Assembly: GCA_963700815.1 (NCBI GenBank)
Contig: CAVOZM010000019.1
Coordinates: forward strand, 38,840 to 102,839
Direction: 5' to 3'
DNA from: Pirellulaceae bacterium
GTDB taxonomy: Bacteria; Planctomycetota; Planctomycetia; Pirellulales; Pirellulaceae
DNA: 64,000 bases
The position numbers and the translations under genes are program-made. The notes beneath the pieces are model-generated. The model did no database searches, was not told the origin of the DNA, and worked only from the letters and a program-made list of their open reading frames with translations. Positions 62,101 to 64,000 of the stretch are shown here, piece after piece; position 1 is the first letter of the stretch; each line of letters starts with the position of its first letter.

Positions 62101-62523
62101 CTACTTCACCTCACACAGCGGTACGATCGGGCTCGTTGATTCCAACAATTGCCGGATCGTTATGCCGGCAAACGCTTTTTCAGTAGCCGCATAGGCACGG
62201 TCCAATTCCGTGTGCAACGGACAAAGTTTCGTGTGTGATTTCAGCCCCAGTGGGCAGTGGCGAATTCGCTCGATCGGCGCCACGGCAGTGACGACATCCA
62301 AAATCGTCACTTGGTCCGTTTCACAGTTCAGCTCGTAACCACCGCCGGGTCCCGAACGCGAACGAACGAGGTCGGCCGCAACCAAGTCTTGTAAAACGCG
62401 ATGCAGGTATCGGCGTGGAACTTTGGTTCTGTCGGCCAAGACATCTGCCGACGCCGGTTGACCCGCTCGGTCGCCCAAGCAGGCGATGGCGCAAAGCGCA
62501 TATTCGGCTGTTTTAGAGATCAT
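62101..62523 (-). CDS. Rrf2 family transcriptional regulator
   Basis: [34 protein letters not shown]...LCPLH. Confidence 0.93.
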   Translation of the reverse strand: MISKTAEYALCAIACLGDRAGQPASADVLADRTKVPRRYLHRVLQDLVAADLVRSRSGPGGGYELNCETDQVTILDVVTAVAPIERIRHCPLGLKSHTKLCPLHTELDRAYAATEKAFAGITIRQLLESTSPIVPLCEVK

Positions 62524-62683
62524 CTGGAATCAATCAGGAACAGGATGAAGACTCGATTGTATACCTTGACATGAAGAATTGCAACCGCTAGAGTGATTTG
62601 CATGTTTAGACGTGAATTGTCGATGAATCGACGTCTCGTGTTGTTCGCGTCAGAAAATCGTTTCCACCCAACAGTCCTTTCGA

Positions 62684-63997
62684 ATGCAACGGCTACCGAA
62701 TTATCGCCTCACGATACGGTTCGTTTTGGGATGCACCGCGGGACTGATTCTCAGTTCATCCGCTGTAGGGCAACGCGCTTCGTATGAGCGCGAGCCGATC
62801 GATTATCACAACGCGCCGGTCAACGATCCGGTTGCCCAATTGGAAGCCAAGCTCGACTCTGGCCAAGTCACCCTTGCCTACGACACTCGCCATGGCTATC
62901 TGAAATCCGTGCTGGAGCAGCTCGATATTCCGATCAGTTCTCAGACTTTGGTCTTTTCGAAAACCAGCATGCAGCTGCACCGAATTTCGCCCAATCGGCC
63001 ACGAGCGGTCTATTTCAATGACGATGTTTATGTCGGCTGGTGTCAGCGCGGCGACGTGTTGGAATTGGCAGCGACTGATCCGATGCAGGGGGCGACGTTC
63101 TACACGATTAAACAAACGCGTCAAGACAAACCGCTGATCACTCGTGACCAAGGGCATTGCTTGTCGTGTCACGCATCAGGTCGGACGCAGAATGTTCCCG
63201 GATATCTGATCCGCAGCGTATTTGCTAGTCGGTCGGGTCAGCCGAATCTCGGCAGCGGTTCCTTCACGACCAGCGACAGCAGTCCCTTCGACGAGCGTTG
63301 GGGTGGTTGGTATGTGACGGGAACTCACGGCCGGATGCGCCACATGGGAAACGTCTACTTTGACGAAGACGACGAACAAGGAGACCGTGATTCGGGCGCG
63401 AACTTGGAATCGCTTGAAGGTCTAATTTCAACCAGTCCGTACCTGTCTCCGCACAGCGACTTGGTGGCCCTCATGGTTTTGGAGCATCAGACACAGATGC
63501 ACAATGCGATCGCGTTTGCAAATTACGAGACACGTGAAGCGTTGCACCAGATGGCGCACATGAACAAGCTGTTGGAACGCGAGCCAAATTTCTTGAGTGA
63601 GAGTGCCGAGCGACGGATCAACAAAGCGGCCGAGCGGGTTGTCCAACAATTGTTGATGTGTAACGAGTTTCCCTTGACGGATCCGGTAACCGGTACCAGC
63701 GAGTTTGCAGATGAATTTACCGCTTCTGGTCTGCGTGATTCCCAAGGTCGATCGCTGCGCCAGTTCGATCTTAAGACTCGGTTGTTTCGTTATCCATGCA
63801 GCTTTCTGATTGACTCACCAGCCTTTGATGGATTGCCAAATCAAGTGCGTGATCGAACGGTGACAATGCTGCGTGATGTCTTGGATGGAACCAATCGATC
63901 ACCGGAGTACGATCACCTGACGCCGTCGATGCGGCGCGACATTACAGAGATTTTGCGAGCGACAAAGCCAGGCTTGTTCGACCAGCCCAGGACGTAA
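62684..63997 (+). CDS. Secreted conserved protein with one CxxCH heme motif
   Basis: Signal peptide; SQTLVFSKTS.Q, PRAVYFNDD, CLSCH, RWGGWYVTG, SDLVALMVLEHQ. Confidence 0.72.
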   Translation: MQRLPNYRLTIRFVLGCTAGLILSSSAVGQRASYEREPIDYHNAPVNDPVAQLEAKLDSGQVTLAYDTRHGYLKSVLEQLDIPISSQTLVFSKTSMQLHRISPNRPRAVYFNDDVYVGWCQRGDVLELAATDPMQGATFYTIKQTRQDKPLITRDQGHCLSCHASGRTQNVPGYLIRSVFASRSGQPNLGSGSFTTSDSSPFDERWGGWYVTGTHGRMRHMGNVYFDEDDEQGDRDSGANLESLEGLISTSPYLSPHSDLVALMVLEHQTQMHNAIAFANYETREALHQMAHMNKLLEREPNFLSESAERRINKAAERVVQQLLMCNEFPLTDPVTGTSEFADEFTASGLRDSQGRSLRQFDLKTRLFRYPCSFLIDSPAFDGLPNQVRDRTVTMLRDVLDGTNRSPEYDHLTPSMRRDITEILRATKPGLFDQPRT

Positions 63998-64000
63998 GTG

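Overview
64 kb of chromosomal DNA from a Planctomycetota bacterium, most likely Pirellulaceae (Rhodopirellula/Stieleria/Rubripirellula-like). This rests on DUF1592+DUF1552 and DUF1549/1553+DUF1501 gene pairs, planctomycete-type cytochromes c, a sulfatase and an alpha2-type GlyRS. About 47 genes are present, including priA, nadD, glnB-glnD, pduO-type adenosyltransferase, glyQS, pcs, a class I HMG-CoA reductase and a PLD. I saw no rRNA, tRNA, CRISPR array, integrase or transposase. About 13 single-base frameshifts most likely reflect long-read assembly indels. Most notable: (1) a translationally coupled three-gene ion-motor operon, MotA/TolQ/ExbB with a long tail plus two different ExbD/TolR-like coiled-coil proteins, only one of which keeps the proton-carrying Asp; (2) nearby on the opposite strand, an HTH-acidic disordered linker-TM protein that could tether DNA to the membrane; (3) a secreted Cys-rich gene with a GGA-rich leader containing a perfect CsrA consensus site, followed by a three-hairpin RNA with a G-rich loop; (4) pdxH with a large internal deletion; (5) REP/MITE elements, including one translated inside a signal peptide; (6) a tandem-AP2 protein coupled to an SLC5A7-like choline transporter. 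All family assignments come from motif recognition by eye; no searches were run.
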